Source: Marsupella aquatica
Taxonomy: Eukaryota; Plantae; Marchantiophyta
Reading direction: 5' to 3'
NCBI GenBank assembly: GCA_973895155.1
Contig: OZ316893.1
Span: 7,402,963 to 7,466,962 of the forward strand
Length of the DNA stretch: 64,000 nt
Shown: positions 51,645 through 64,000 of the stretch, piece after piece
How the letters are laid out: the number at the start of each line of letters is the position of its first letter
Position numbering within the stretch: position 1 is the stretch's first letter
The notes under the pieces: model-generated
Databases searched by the model: none
What the model was told of the DNA's origin: nothing
What the model saw: the letters and a program-made list of their open reading frames with translations, nothing else
Made by a program: the position numbers and the translations under genes

Positions 51645-52005
51645 TAATTAAGGTCCATCAAATTTTGAGATGCCCAGAGCCTAGTTAAGGTTCATCAAAT
51701 TTTATGCTTTGAGAGGCCCTAGTTAAGATCCATCAAATTTTAAGCTTTGAGATGCCCTAGTTAAGGTCCATGAAATTTTAAGCTTGGAGAAGCCCTAGTT
51801 AAGGTCTATCAAAATTTAAGCTTTGATCACCCTCTAGAGAGACATTGGGCTTGTAAGGAGATATTTTAAGCTTTGAGAGCCCTACAGACATTGGGTGGTA
51901 AAGAGATATTTTAAGCTTTGAGAGCCCCATAGAGAGACATTGGGCTGGTAAAGAGATATTTTAAGCTGTGAGAGCCCTACAGAGAGACATTGGGCTTGTA
52001 AAGAA
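51645..52005. repeat. Composite minisatellite: ~38-bp units grading into ~48-bp units
   Basis: CCCTAGTTAAGGTCCATCAAATTTTAAGCTTTGAGA x~5, then CCCTACAGAGAGACATTGGGCTTGTAAAGAGATATTTTAAGCTTTGAGAG x~4. Confidence 0.85.
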
Positions 52006-52056
52006 TAATAAATCAGGTATGAGCGACTCATAAATTTCAGTCGGTGGTGACGACCA

Positions 52057-53190
52057 TCAACCACTTCCAAGTCTAGGGGATCCGAGAAACATGACAGTCT
52101 CGTCCAACCAGTCGAAGATCGCTTCATTCACCGAGCTCGAGAACGAATGCAGCGCCCAGGCCGCCATGATCTCCTGCCTCACGTGCTCCCCAAAGCAAAG
52201 ATCGCCATCGCTCCAACCTCCTCGACACACGGGCAGAACCTTGTGCTTCCAGAGCACGGCCTTCCAATCAAATTGGTATGGGCTCTTTATCACGTAGTCG
52301 TCCTCATCGAGCCAGCCCTCAGACTTGTAGGCCCAGTGAATCCGCTCTGAGGTCGCTCGCTCGAGGCACGGGATCTTCTCCGAGAAGGAGTGGGGGTGGA
52401 TTGGTCGAGGCCAGACATCAATCTCGTTCACGAGCACGCCCCTTGATCTCAAAATGCCCATGGCATTGACCACTTTCGGGTAAAATCCATGAGGTCCGCT
52501 GTCGAGAGGCATGGGAACGAAAAGCGTGGGAGGGAACGAATTAGCGTTGGCGTTGTTCAGAACTGCGAACTCTCCGGGAGAGCACATTACGATCATGGAC
52601 TGGATGGCGAGGTCTAGAGTCAGGAGAGTGGTGAAATTTCCGCCGCTGGAGTATCCGAACGCGACGAGAGGCAATTGCTCAAGCGCGTGCTCTTTAGTCC
52701 ATTCGCGAATTACGCTGACGACGATCGTCCTGTCGAGGGACGGCGGAGGTGGCCAACTGAGGACATTGTAGGGGAGCCAGTAGGCATCCACGCTCTTGAC
52801 CATGATGACTGCGTAGCTCCTGTTCAAGGCTTCCAAGACTGCGGCTCGGTCCTCTGGAAATCCGTAGCACTGGAGGCAGTTTGGGCCCGGGTCGAAGAAG
52901 CTCAGCGGCTCTTTGTCTTTGCCGTGCGCCAGAAAGAGGACTGCCTTCGGCATCGGGGGAATTTGCCACACCACGTCCTGCCCATGCCTAATTTCATAGA
53001 AGGGATTCATGGCAGGGTCGCTTCTTGAGCACTGCCCGGGAAAAGTTGGGAAAGAGATGTACTTTTCTTCTGCTGCTGCTGGGTCTACGTGCCACAAGTT
53101 ATTCGCTGCTGCAGCTTCGTTGATGAGGAGGAACACAATTATATGATGTAGGGCTAATGCAAGAAGACCGTAGCAGCGTACCAATCTCAT
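52057..53190 (-). CDS. Secreted/membrane-anchored alpha/beta-hydrolase fold protein; intronless
   Basis: ORF 52057-53202, ATG at 53190. Hydrophobic N-terminus, KAVLFLAHG oxyanion region, nucleophile elbow GYSSGG, PPTLFV.M..D and a C-terminal His (ALHSF). Confidence 0.85.
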   Translation of the reverse strand: MRLVRCYGLLALALHHIIVFLLINEAAAANNLWHVDPAAAEEKYISFPTFPGQCSRSDPAMNPFYEIRHGQDVVWQIPPMPKAVLFLAHGKDKEPLSFFDPGPNCLQCYGFPEDRAAVLEALNRSYAVIMVKSVDAYWLPYNVLSWPPPPSLDRTIVVSVIREWTKEHALEQLPLVAFGYSSGGNFTTLLTLDLAIQSMIVMCSPGEFAVLNNANANSFPPTLFVPMPLDSGPHGFYPKVVNAMGILRSRGVLVNEIDVWPRPIHPHSFSEKIPCLERATSERIHWAYKSEGWLDEDDYVIKSPYQFDWKAVLWKHKVLPVCRGGWSDGDLCFGEHVRQEIMAAWALHSFSSSVNEAIFDWLDETVMFLGSPRLGSG

Positions 53191-56115
53191 CTCGACGACC
53201 ACCGCCGTCGGCGGACTCCTACTAACGAGTCAATTGCAATGCGATGCAATTCAGTTCTATAGGATAGACAAAGGGCTCCTCTGCACCGACGATGGCTGTG
53301 AATGAAAACTCTCACATTCAACCGCGGCTGGCAATGCTCTGTCTCTCAGACATGGTGAACTTGTGGACTCATCCAGCTGGTCGACTCAATCAAAGGCAAC
53401 AAGTTCAGCTCAATGAGGCAAGATGCTCCGCTTGCGAACAGGTCTCAATAATATCAGAGTACCGAGAAGTAAAAGTGAAACTCAACACTTATGTATGGAA
53501 TTCACGGAATTTGTTGAGTGCAAACAGAGTGAAACTCAACAAGCTGTAACACATCATGCTTTGCAAGTCGGTCCCCTGAGACGTGAAGCTCGTGAAACAC
53601 TGGGATTACTCCATGCAAGGTTGCTGTTTCCGTGTGCTCAATCTTCACTGTCTGTACTTCCTCCAACACCATCAGTACTCATCTATATACCAGTGATGCC
53701 CTTTTCCCATGCAATCCGTGCTTGCTGTACTCGAAAGCCATCTGTTACGGTACGTGACGGCTTCGTTTACGTAAACTGAACACTCCTCCGAAGTACTCCC
53801 GACGACTCACTCCGCAATTAAGTTACCAGTCCAGCTCCCATGCAAACCTCGCGCATTTGTTTGCTTTCACAGCTGCGAGCTTGCTTTCGACAGTTTCTTG
53901 ACGGACAGAATCCGCGGATATATCATCAATTTTCTGAAAAGCACTGCTGAGTTTTCAAATTTGCACGTGGCTTGCTCAAAAGATTTCCTTACAAGGTTCT
54001 TCACACATTCCGGAGTCACACATTCCGGAGTCCATTGTTATGCCAGAATATTTCATTTGTCTTGTGCTAAAATTTTAGATTAGTGCTCGATGACTAGCAC
54101 CAAGAATGGCTAGAATTTCATATTAGTGTTACAGGTGGAACCACTTTGAGCTCTCGACATTTCGGCGCCTGATGTGATCACTTGCTCCATGATTTGCTAA
54201 CAGAAACAACTGTATTAAAGACTATTTTGCAAAGTTGGAATTCAGTATGACTACGATTAATCAGATTGGCGCAGCACCGAAGATTCTTAGTTAGTGTCAG
54301 CAGTTACAACAATAATCAATTAATCCGATCGGCGCAGCACAGATGATTCTTAGTTAACAGAAGTCACACCTGGCAGGTGACTTCTTGGTTTAACCCGACA
54401 CCAGAGAAAGACTCGTCCATCTCCGGGTTCTGGGCCCACGGCGAAGGGTCTCCGGATCAGGGGACAAAGCTCAGGAAGAGATCCATACGGTTGGACGTCG
54501 GATTGCATGATTGCAGTGGGATGTGGACACAGATCATGCAATGTCACAATCGGAGTAGTCTAGTGTCCAACGTGGAACATGACAGAAAGTCTGGATACTT
54601 CTCGCCGACTCGGCGCCTCAAAGCATGCCAGATAATCTAGGATCGCCGAAGTTTACATTGATGCAAAGCTGATGGAGATAGTACCGTACCTGTCATCATT
54701 CTTCGGGCCAAATGTAATCTCCGTTCCCTTCGATGGCTGCTTTTTGCTGTGAGTGGTATCACCTGATTGCGGACAATGCTGAGGTGGTGATTTCAAAACG
54801 CTATAGCTGTCATGAACTTTCGGCCCAAATGTAATCTCTTTTTCCTCCAATATCACATTTTGCTTTGTTTCTGCCGTTTGGGCACATGATGGTTCATTAT
54901 GTGCTAGTCTTTCCTTGCAGTCATTGACACAGGAGCAATTTACTCTCTCTTCGTTGATCCTGTGGGATTCTACTACACTTGCCCAACGACAATCAAAGTC
55001 TTCGGTTCTCTGGGTCGTCGTTTTGGCATGTTCTTGATCGATTCATTCCACTTTAGACTAATGGACTTCCGGAAAGCTACAGTACTGGATGCAAAAATGG
55101 ACCTCCATCAACGCCTAGCTAGCGTTCATTCTAGTCTGTGCTCTCCCCTTAGTGAACCGAGACTTGCGCCTCGTTGAGTTGGAAAATTGGAAAGAAGGTT
55201 CTGAAAGCAAAATATCAACGCAACCCCAAGGTACGAAGCTAGGCTACAAAATCGTTTCAGGTACCATTGGAGATCGGGATCGAGCTCGAAATAATTACAA
55301 TCTGTTCAGTGGCTAGGTCAATAGGTGGCCTGTCTAGCTTACAGACACCCTAGCCGGTAATCCGACGGTCCATGAATCTGACGAAGGGGCATTATCCCCT
55401 CCCGAGAATTAACAATACAACCTACGTTTGCGTCCTGCAGCAGGGAGGGCATTCTCTCATGAATTTTGACGATACAACGTTCCGTTCTGTAGGAGGATCG
55501 ACCACAACAAGTTAGTACAGTGACCAAATCAGGACATCATTCGTACCATTGTCTGTCTTTAGACGAAGTGCAGATTTTGAGGTCACTGCTTGGCGTCACC
55601 TTGTTCAGTCACCTAGTACAGTGAGAAAAGCAGGACATCATTCCTGCCGTCTGCCTCGGAAGGAACCCAGCGCCCGCGTCTCTGCTGTACAGTCAATTCT
55701 GCCACTGATTTCCGACTAGGATCGTAAGAAACCAGATTGCGCCATTAAAATCTGAGCAGAGGTAACAGATCACCTGACAAGCGTCCCATTGAAAGCAAAG
55801 AGCACCTGAATAAAACAAGTCAAACATGATCCGTACTGTAGAATGAAAAGGCTTGGATAGAAAAACTCCAGTACCAACTAAACAACGATTGGGCAACATC
55901 GAACTGTCGCCACCAAGAGACTAGGGGCTACCCAATTCGGGCTGTTGATAATACAGTACAAATAGTTGTGACACGTTGTCAATGCCCGGTATCAGTGTAC
56001 AAGTGTGGTATCTCCAATGATATGAAAGAACCAGTCGCCCTACTATTGTAAAATATACACCTCGATTGCCGTACTAACGTTTTAGTCTACCTGTGTTTTG
56101 TCCACCAAAGTGCAT

Positions 56116-59100
56116 TTACAAGTCCAATTTTATCCTGTCTGACCACCTAAATATGTCCGAGTAAGTACGATCCCCCCCGAGCTCCTCACCAGTGGCACCA
56201 GCGGCAACCCTCAGCACCTCTTCGATCAGTGCGAAATTTCCCATAATATCAACGTGTGACCCACTCTGTGTGCCTCGCCCCTCTAGGAGATTAGCTGGGG
56301 GTGCATGGTCATATTCCCTCAAGTACACAGGCGATCCAGACGGGTTGAACTTGGTTTTTCCCCGCCATCCCTTTGCACACATGAAACCTGCACTTAGGCC
56401 GGTAACCGTTTCATCTCCATCAACGAAATGAACCCCACCTTTCAGGCACCCTTCAGACTCTCCCTCAACACTGGTATCAATTCGGAAAGGGATATAGCAG
56501 GAATCACCACTAGGTGAGGTCTTGTATATGTATGACCTTTCCGTCAACAATCCCACGCCGTACATGCAGTACATCTCCATCTCTGGGGCATTTGGAAGTC
56601 TGATGAGACGATGAAAGAAGCAAAAGTTCATTAGGCAAGTAGTAAGCTAGACGTCGATCCATTCGTAGGAAAATAAATACTACGAACACAGACAAGAACT
56701 GTATAAACCAAATCAGCGCAATATACTGCCTTCGTCAATTGCAGCCAGTAATTTGACAGTTGCCCTAACGAAAGTTTGCAACATGGATTCTAGTGAATGA
56801 GAAAGCCGAAGTATAATGATCAGCATAGCAGCATCACAACTACATTCAGAAAAGCACAGTATCGATCCTAACGAACTGTGCTTGGAATGTCACTTACGAA
56901 GATTCCAAAGGATTGGCCCAATACTTATAATGATCGTATTTTGGGTCACTGAGATCCTCAGCAATGCCATATCCCCAATTATCATCTGCACGTTTCATCA
57001 TTTTTGGAGCAACTTTCCTAAGAAGATCCAACGCTGTCTCTGCGGTATAAACTTTGTGTTGCCCAACTTCCTCTATATCCGCCCAGTCCATTTCCTGGTA
57101 CTCGGTCCAAACGTCTCCACAAGATACATTACTGCGGACTGGTTCACGTGGAGATTGAGTCTGACAAAGAATACAAAACATGAGTTGACGCCACATCCAC
57201 AGATGACCAAAAATTCCTTAATCCCATCCTGCCATGCGGCCACAAGGACAACGGATGAAACGCAAAAGAACCAGTCCCCTTAAATATAAACTTCTAGCAT
57301 ACGAAAACCCGACACTAAAAACTGACTCAGGAATCGTGATATTCATGACAATCCTAAAATCCTGTTGTTATAGTGAGAGACGAAATCACCGATTCCAAAG
57401 AACAGATAGTTTCAGGGAGAATCGAGAGACTTAGTGTACAAAACAATTAATGGCAATCTACTTTACTGAATGCTCTTGCCCCTCTGAAACAATATATCGC
57501 AACTCATGCTCTATTGCGTTTCAAGGCATGTGGACTCACCTTGGACGCCAGTATTTGTGCCTTGATTTCTGAATAGGGAAGTTGCGCAGCATCTTTCCCA
57601 AACGAAACCAGCCTTCCATAGTGGGCATATGGTTTTCCGTGTGGACCTAATTTGTTGTCTGTTGTGTTTTCCAAATCTACTGGCTTTTTATCCTTAGCGC
57701 AATCAAAACCTTCCTCGGGTGACCAGTCTGCATTTCCCCAAATGGTTTCTCCTCCCTTCGGTAACATGGACATGGTAGCATCCCAGGTTCGACACACTCT
57801 CATTATGTGTTGCAGAGTTTGTAAACCAAAAAATTCTGAATCGAGCAAACCTGGTGCAGCAGCCCTGCACAAGCAATTTGTTTGGACAATTACAAAAAGA
57901 GGGGCCCACAATGTATGAAAGCCTTAAGGAAATGATAAATGCTCGTCTAATTTCCGAGATACAGCAGTTGTGCAGAGTCATCGTCCTTGTGCAAGAAGCA
58001 TTAGGTATGCCTTTGTGAACATCCATTGATTGCATTTCTAACCAAATACCTTACCGATATTCTATTGCCAACTTCCAGCCCCTTCCTTGAACTAAGCCAA
58101 TATTTCTCTGAGGCCCTTCTCGAAGACTCGGCTTTGACCCTTTGTAACTTGAGTTCTTGAAGAATATAAGTTAATTCAAACATTCCTTTTTCCGTTCCAT
58201 TCGTTTCAGAGTCAAATCTTCGATACCCCTCAGTCATCAAATTAGGGGTCTTCAGATTGACACTTTCCAGCGCTTTACTTCGTTTTTCAAACGAGAGAGT
58301 GCCTTTAAATAACGAAAACTTAGAGAATGGAAAAACGGTACACCTCCAAACTGCTCACCTTGCAACGGCAATATCCTTAGCTTCTGCAGAGAAGAGCCCT
58401 GTAAATGCTTTTGAAACGCCGAGCATCGGCCCCGCTAAGTTCATCACCGCTTTCACATGTCGGGCACACCAGTCAGGACCACCACCTCCCCCCATCGGTT
58501 TTGGAGCTTCGACCCATTTCATAAAGTGTAACCAATAAAGTGCCCCCATGGAGTGAGGCACTGCTACAACCTTGTTTCCATTATTAGTTACAACCAACAT
58601 CTCGATTGTATATTTCAGCCTGGTCAAAGATTTGTCCCGAACCTGTTGACGAAACGAATTGTTAGACTGCATCCTCTTTGAATCTCTTCGCCTGTACAAT
58701 CACCTTAGATATTCATGACTACCTGCCTGAGCGATACTTGTCTGCAGGCCTCTGGGTGTCTCGGTACCTTTCGTTTACTTTTACCCACTGAGCTATAAGA
58801 CCGGGGCAGTCTGGATTCGATTTCTCTGATGATATTCCGCTGTCCACGCCCACCAAAGCATGACAGTTGTGCTAAGCTGAGCTCAAACTACGAAGGGTCG
58901 TTCAAGAAAGGTAAAAGATCAAATTGTACCTCACTGTTTTGGAAGGAGATCCTCCAGTCATAGGAAGCCATGTACATATTCCGCTCTTCATAGCCAATAC
59001 GAGCCAGATTCTCAATCAAAACTGCCCAGACAAAATAACCAGGAGCAAAGTAGTCAGCAGCAACAAGGCCTGATGTTGCGCGAACTCGAATTCCTGGCAA

Positions 59101-60695
59101 GTCCACTCCCGTCTCGTTGTCCAAAGTTATGTGCTCCATCCAGCAAAATGGCCTGCGAAACGGATGGAAAACAGAGGACCAACACGTCGTTACTTTAGCG
59201 AAGATGATAAAGAAACATGACGAAAACATTTTCACGCCATACGTGCTTGAGCGATACAGACGCATGATATACCCAAATGTAACATCTTCGTGCAAGTTGT
59301 CCCACTTTCCAAATTCTCATTGGCTTTTGCCGGAGAGAATCGTGCTGAGAAACCCCGGTGTCGTATTAAATTTAGAGGACGTAGGCTCGGTTGAGATTCA
59401 TGAGGTCCTTATGAATGCCTGCACGAAATACTTTGCTACTTGTCATGCTGCACTAATATCCCCTTCAATGACTAAGGTGCATGCTTTGTAATGCTTCACG
59501 CCGTCCTATGGAGATTATAGAGAGATCAAAAATCATAATTTTAGACCTTGAGAGCTTCCCAACATGCATATTTTGAGGTCAGAAATGGTCAGTTATTCAC
59601 GGCGCAGAAAGAAGTTCAATGTCGAGCAACCACATGAACACAGCCAGAAACGTGTTAACCACTCAGAATTAGTCATATGATGGTAACGTGGAACCACAAC
59701 AACAAATCAATTCCTTGCGCGGCAAAAGGACTAGGGCCGGGTTTCTCTTGCTTCCCCAGGAAAAGGAAAAGGAAAAAGGAAATACCAAGCTCATGCATCC
59801 ATCTTTCGTGGTGCCCATTGCCACTTAAGTGTTTTTAGATATATGTGTAAAATTCTCAGTTTAGGAGTCAAGTCCAGCCCAACTACGTTCGAAGAAAAAA
59901 ATGGGCCAAACATTGAGAGAATGATGGGAAAGCAAGATACGAAATATTTGAGCAGCTGCGCAATTGAGCAGAGAATTTTTCGCACCGTTTGTAGACTTCT
60001 CCGAACGTGCCTCCCCACAGTCGTTTCCGAAACAAGCCATCGGCACAGGGCTTGCCCTGCCAGAGCTCGAGGCCACCGGTGACAATTCCAGGGACGAAAA
60101 CAACGGGATGCCTAGCCGTTATACCCTCCTTGGACAGCCTGACGCCCGGGGGATCCGGCAGAGGCCCTGTGATGGCCTCGGTGACATATTGTGGCAGAGT
60201 GGGGAGCGCATTATACAGCACTAAGATCCCCCACCAGCAAACACACACGTAACCGATGAGCCAGCAACATGTGTCCACACAACGCCATCTCGCTGGCCGC
60301 ACTTTGGACGGAGCTGGACCGGTTTCGCCCTTTTTCTTCTTCTTCTCCCCGCCATCGGAGTTATTTTTGTCGGCCTTCTCAGAGTCGGTCGTTGGCGAAG
60401 CTTTGCTATCAGGATGCTTCTGAGAGTGATGATGCTGCTGCTTCTCCTGCTTATGGTCATGCTTATGGTGCTCCCCGCCACCTGCACTCTTACGTTCCTT
60501 TTCTCTCTCATGATCCTCGCGCTGATGCTGCTGCTTCTTCTTCACCGACTCCGCTGCGCCATGACTTTTCTCTGTCTCCGATTCCTCAACCTTCTGCTGC
60601 TTTTCTGAGGTTACCGTCGACGAATTGTCACTCACCGATGGGTCCTGCTGCTCACAACTGCCCTTGTCGGGCTTCCTCTTCCTCAATATGTTCAT
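56116..60695 (-). CDS. PDAT: Phospholipid:diacylglycerol acyltransferase (LCAT family), 6 exons
   Basis: WRCVDTCCW, HPVVFVPGIVTGGLELW, lipase motif VPHSMG, WANPLE, VDGDETV and HVDIMGN. Exons 60695-59986, 59152-58930, 58642-58359, 57864-57540, 57160-56898, 56599-56116. Confidence 0.95.
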
Positions 60696-63600
60696 CCTTC
60701 CTCTCGCTCTGCCTCTCCCACTTCCTCTCGGGCCCCTTCACTTCCCTATTAAAAACTCTGTTCTTCTTCCTCTAATTCGTTCTCGATCCCTGCCTCTCCG
60801 ACCTCGCTCATCAATGTAAAAAAATTCCTCCTCTGCTCAAACCCTTCTCTACTTCCCGAATCGACTTGTTTGTCCCTAGTCTTCGTCGGTGATTCGCTTC
60901 CTCCTCAAACGCTATTTTAATTAAATCCGCTTAGTGTGTTTGTCTTTCGTCTTCGTCCATGCCTCGCATCCTCCTTCGCGCTCCCTCCTCATACGCGATG
61001 TTAGCCAGAAGAGTGTCCTCTCTCGTCCAATTCGACCCTCGGACGATGGCTCGTCCGTGATCACAGAAAGGCAAGAAAACGAAGGAGAAGAAGAAAAGAA
61101 GTAGAAGAAGAAGAAGAAGAAGGGCAGGAGGGAGGCAAACAGGAGGCGCAAAGCAGAAAGAAGAACGGGATGCTGATCACAATTCGCAGCCGCAGCCGCA
61201 GCAGCTGCAGCTGACGATCTTCATCCGTTCGTTTGGCCCGCTCGTGCTCCAGTCCGCTCCGCTCCCTTCGCTCCTTCGCTTCCTCTCCTTCTCTTTTCTC
61301 TTCTCGACCTCCACTGCGCTTTTTCCCTCGTTTGCTCTGTTTCGTCGTGAGCAGACACCACTGTAGCAGAATGATCGAAGAAGTGACAACCCCTGTCACG
61401 ACTGTGTACATTACACCCTCCTTCACCGTCGTCCAGCCCTGTCACCCCTGTAAAACACACACGCATACTCAGTGTTACTCACGCCGTTATTGCGCCGTCG
61501 CCCTCCGTCTTCCACCCCTGTTACTCCTGACATGTAAAGACTCACTTCCTCACTCCAACCCCACCCCACCCCCCCCCCCCTCCCTCCTCCTCCATGATCT
61601 ACACTTGTCACGCATGTACCGCTTTGTCCAAGTTGTTCAAATTCCCAAAAGTCTCTAAGTCACTCCATTGCTCTTTAGTGCATTCAATAGGGCGGCTCAA
61701 ACGTGGAAGTCTGTGTAAAAAAACTATTGTCAATAGGGGTCTGTGTAAAAAAACTATTGCTTCGAAACTATCAGGTTTGGTCACGGGTCAGGAGTGTGTG
61801 TCTCAAACCTCACCAGGATGCCCGAATGTACCAAATTTTGGTGTTCGGGTCATGAGTATGCAAACAACCTTTTTTGTGTCTGCCATTTTATTTTTGGGAA
61901 AATGGCTGTTACCAAAGGCAAACATCAGAGGCTTGAGACACCCTAATGTTAACACCAAATCTTCAAGGAAAAGAGTATCGCTTTGGCCACAAGACGACGG
62001 CATCTCCTTCCCCCTCTCCCAGTAGGTTTGGGGAGGGTTGGAGTGTATGGGGGGGTAGGTGAGCCGAATGGAATACAAATATAGTGCTGACAAAAACGAT
62101 GATCATATATTCTGGAATATTACTTTAAGTGCGCACTCTATCATTTGGTTCTTGCCTTATGTATCTTGTTGCCAGTTGCTAATGATATTTATATTACACA
62201 TGCAACTACTCTAGTATGGACCTAGCAGCATTAATTGGGGTTCCTACCTTTGGGATCGTGTATCCTTGATAGTTTTTCTGTTCTTTCACAGGTTTGTATA
62301 TCTCGAGACTCAAGAGTGTGCATTATAAATATTATTTTGGGTTGTAGCTCTTTGTAAGAGTTGTTTACAAAATGTGGTGGTCCATCCAGGCATTTTTTTC
62401 ATTTAATTTGGAGAATGTTTTGAGGAAAGCAAAGCCTGGATGTACCAAGGGGTTTGCTGGATTTCCAAAGCTGAGATGGACTGACTCAGAGCATCAAAAT
62501 ATGCTCAGATAGCGCTCTTTACAATTTTCACTCATATTTGACCTATAAACAGACTCCTAACCACTTGCAGCTGATTTCTATTAATATCCGTGGTGGTAGT
62601 TTGCAGCTCACACAAACTACCCAGGGCATCCTTCATAGAATTGCAGCATCCTTTCCCAACATGGTAAGTTGGTACTTGTGCCCAAGGGCCCAGAATTTTA
62701 ATAGACCCAATCAGTTGCTCATTGTCCTGCCACGGATTTACTGATGGCCCCAGCGTCGGCAGATCCCCCATCACCAGGTGCTTCTCTCGCAAGTGAAGCA
62801 TGAGAAGGCCTACTAAGGGTATTCTTCACAAAAGTGAAACATTTGTTCACTTGGCAATTAGTTAATATTTGATAATCTTTGTACTCATTGGCAATGGAGC
62901 AAATGGTATCAAAAATAAATAAAATGTTGTCAGATAATAGATTAAATATTATGCCGGAACTCTACTAGACTTTTGAGTTCTCCGCTCGGTAGGGTGTTAG
63001 CCTTCACAGCTCTTTTATAGGTTACATGTCTGTCGGCTTTTGGGTTAAGGACCCCTTGGCTTGTTTTTTCTTGGGGCCCTTTCCCCTCTTTTCCTTCCCT
63101 TCTTTGGGTTCCTTTGCCTTTGGGATCTTGTCTCTGGGTTTGGCGTGTTGTGCCCTTGGGCACTGTGATATACATCAGAGAACATGTTAGAAAATTTTGA
63201 GCTGAAACAAAGATTCAAGAATTGTTTAAATAAATACACAAGTTTGTTAAAAAACTAGTATTTCACAGTTGTCAAACCACCTGGAAAAACCTTTTGGAGT
63301 GTCCTTCTCAAACTGAAACCTCCTTCCAAAGTTAGCCCGGCTATGTGGAATTTGGGTGTAAAGTGAAACAGTGTCACACTACATGGGGATAGGCAAAACA
63401 AATTCCTCCTTCCACCCGGGATTCACTTTCATGTTTTGCGTGACGTATTTTTATAGAAAAAAAAATGCCCCGCACTTCCCTGAGGACCCTTTTTGTTTCT
63501 TCCCATCCACAACTCTATCCACCCATAACAAAAGGGTACTCATAGAGACGGGCTTCACAGAGTTTGCGCATGGAAAACGTGCCCCTTTATTATTAGGGCC

Positions 63601-64000
63601 TGAGAATGTTGTTCAGGTCAGAAATGTGTGGACGCAAAAGTTTAGTTCACCACACTTTTCTTCGTCATCTCATGGGAGATTCTCATTCCGGCTGTCCTTA
63701 AGCGACACCTGTAAAATTCAGATTTCAGGGCCAAGTGTCACATTCTCCCTGCCAGTGGATACATGGACAACATTAATTTAAAAGATTCACTTCGGAATTA
63801 TTTTAATAGACAAACTGTTACAATCATATCCTAGTTTCTTGGAACTGTCCGCCGTCAAAAATGAACCGCCACGATCAACCGACTCTCAGTGTACCGCGAT
63901 TGGCTGCAGCAGGCACGGGATCTCCGCCACACAAATTTTATACTATGGGAGTCAAATCAATACCTTTCTTACCTGTGTGAGTAACATGTACTACTTGAGT

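Noticed and set aside
54350-54900. Possible small spliced gene with duplicated EITFGPK peptide
   Set aside because: Trial splicing runs into stops and gives no recognisable domain. Only a ~30-bp duplication is supported.
61600-64000. Short ORFs upstream of PDAT
   Set aside because: Low-complexity, AT-rich intergenic or repeat-like DNA with no motifs.

Overview
Eukaryotic, intron-rich nuclear DNA from a land plant. The gene content and architecture suggest a non-seed plant such as a bryophyte or liverwort (inference). The first ~18 kb is repeat-rich: a 3.1-kb degenerate LTR retroelement with TSD, TG..TA termini and a half-tRNA-Ile-type PBS, two inverted copies of a Helitron-like end, and a fold-back element. 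It also holds one intronless, microbial-looking crotonase gene with a signal peptide. The rest encodes ARC5/DRP5B plastid-division dynamin, a malectin-like LRR receptor kinase, a small secreted orphan protein, a GT29 sialyltransferase-like protein, a secreted alpha/beta hydrolase and PDAT. The standout is a 16-exon, in-frame gene for a bacterial-type NAD+-dependent DNA ligase (LigA, ~1439 aa by manual splicing) with an organelle-transit-like N-terminus and a ~670-aa acidic, internally repeated extension. Exon boundaries were read by eye from GT/AG signals and frame continuity. No database searches were run.
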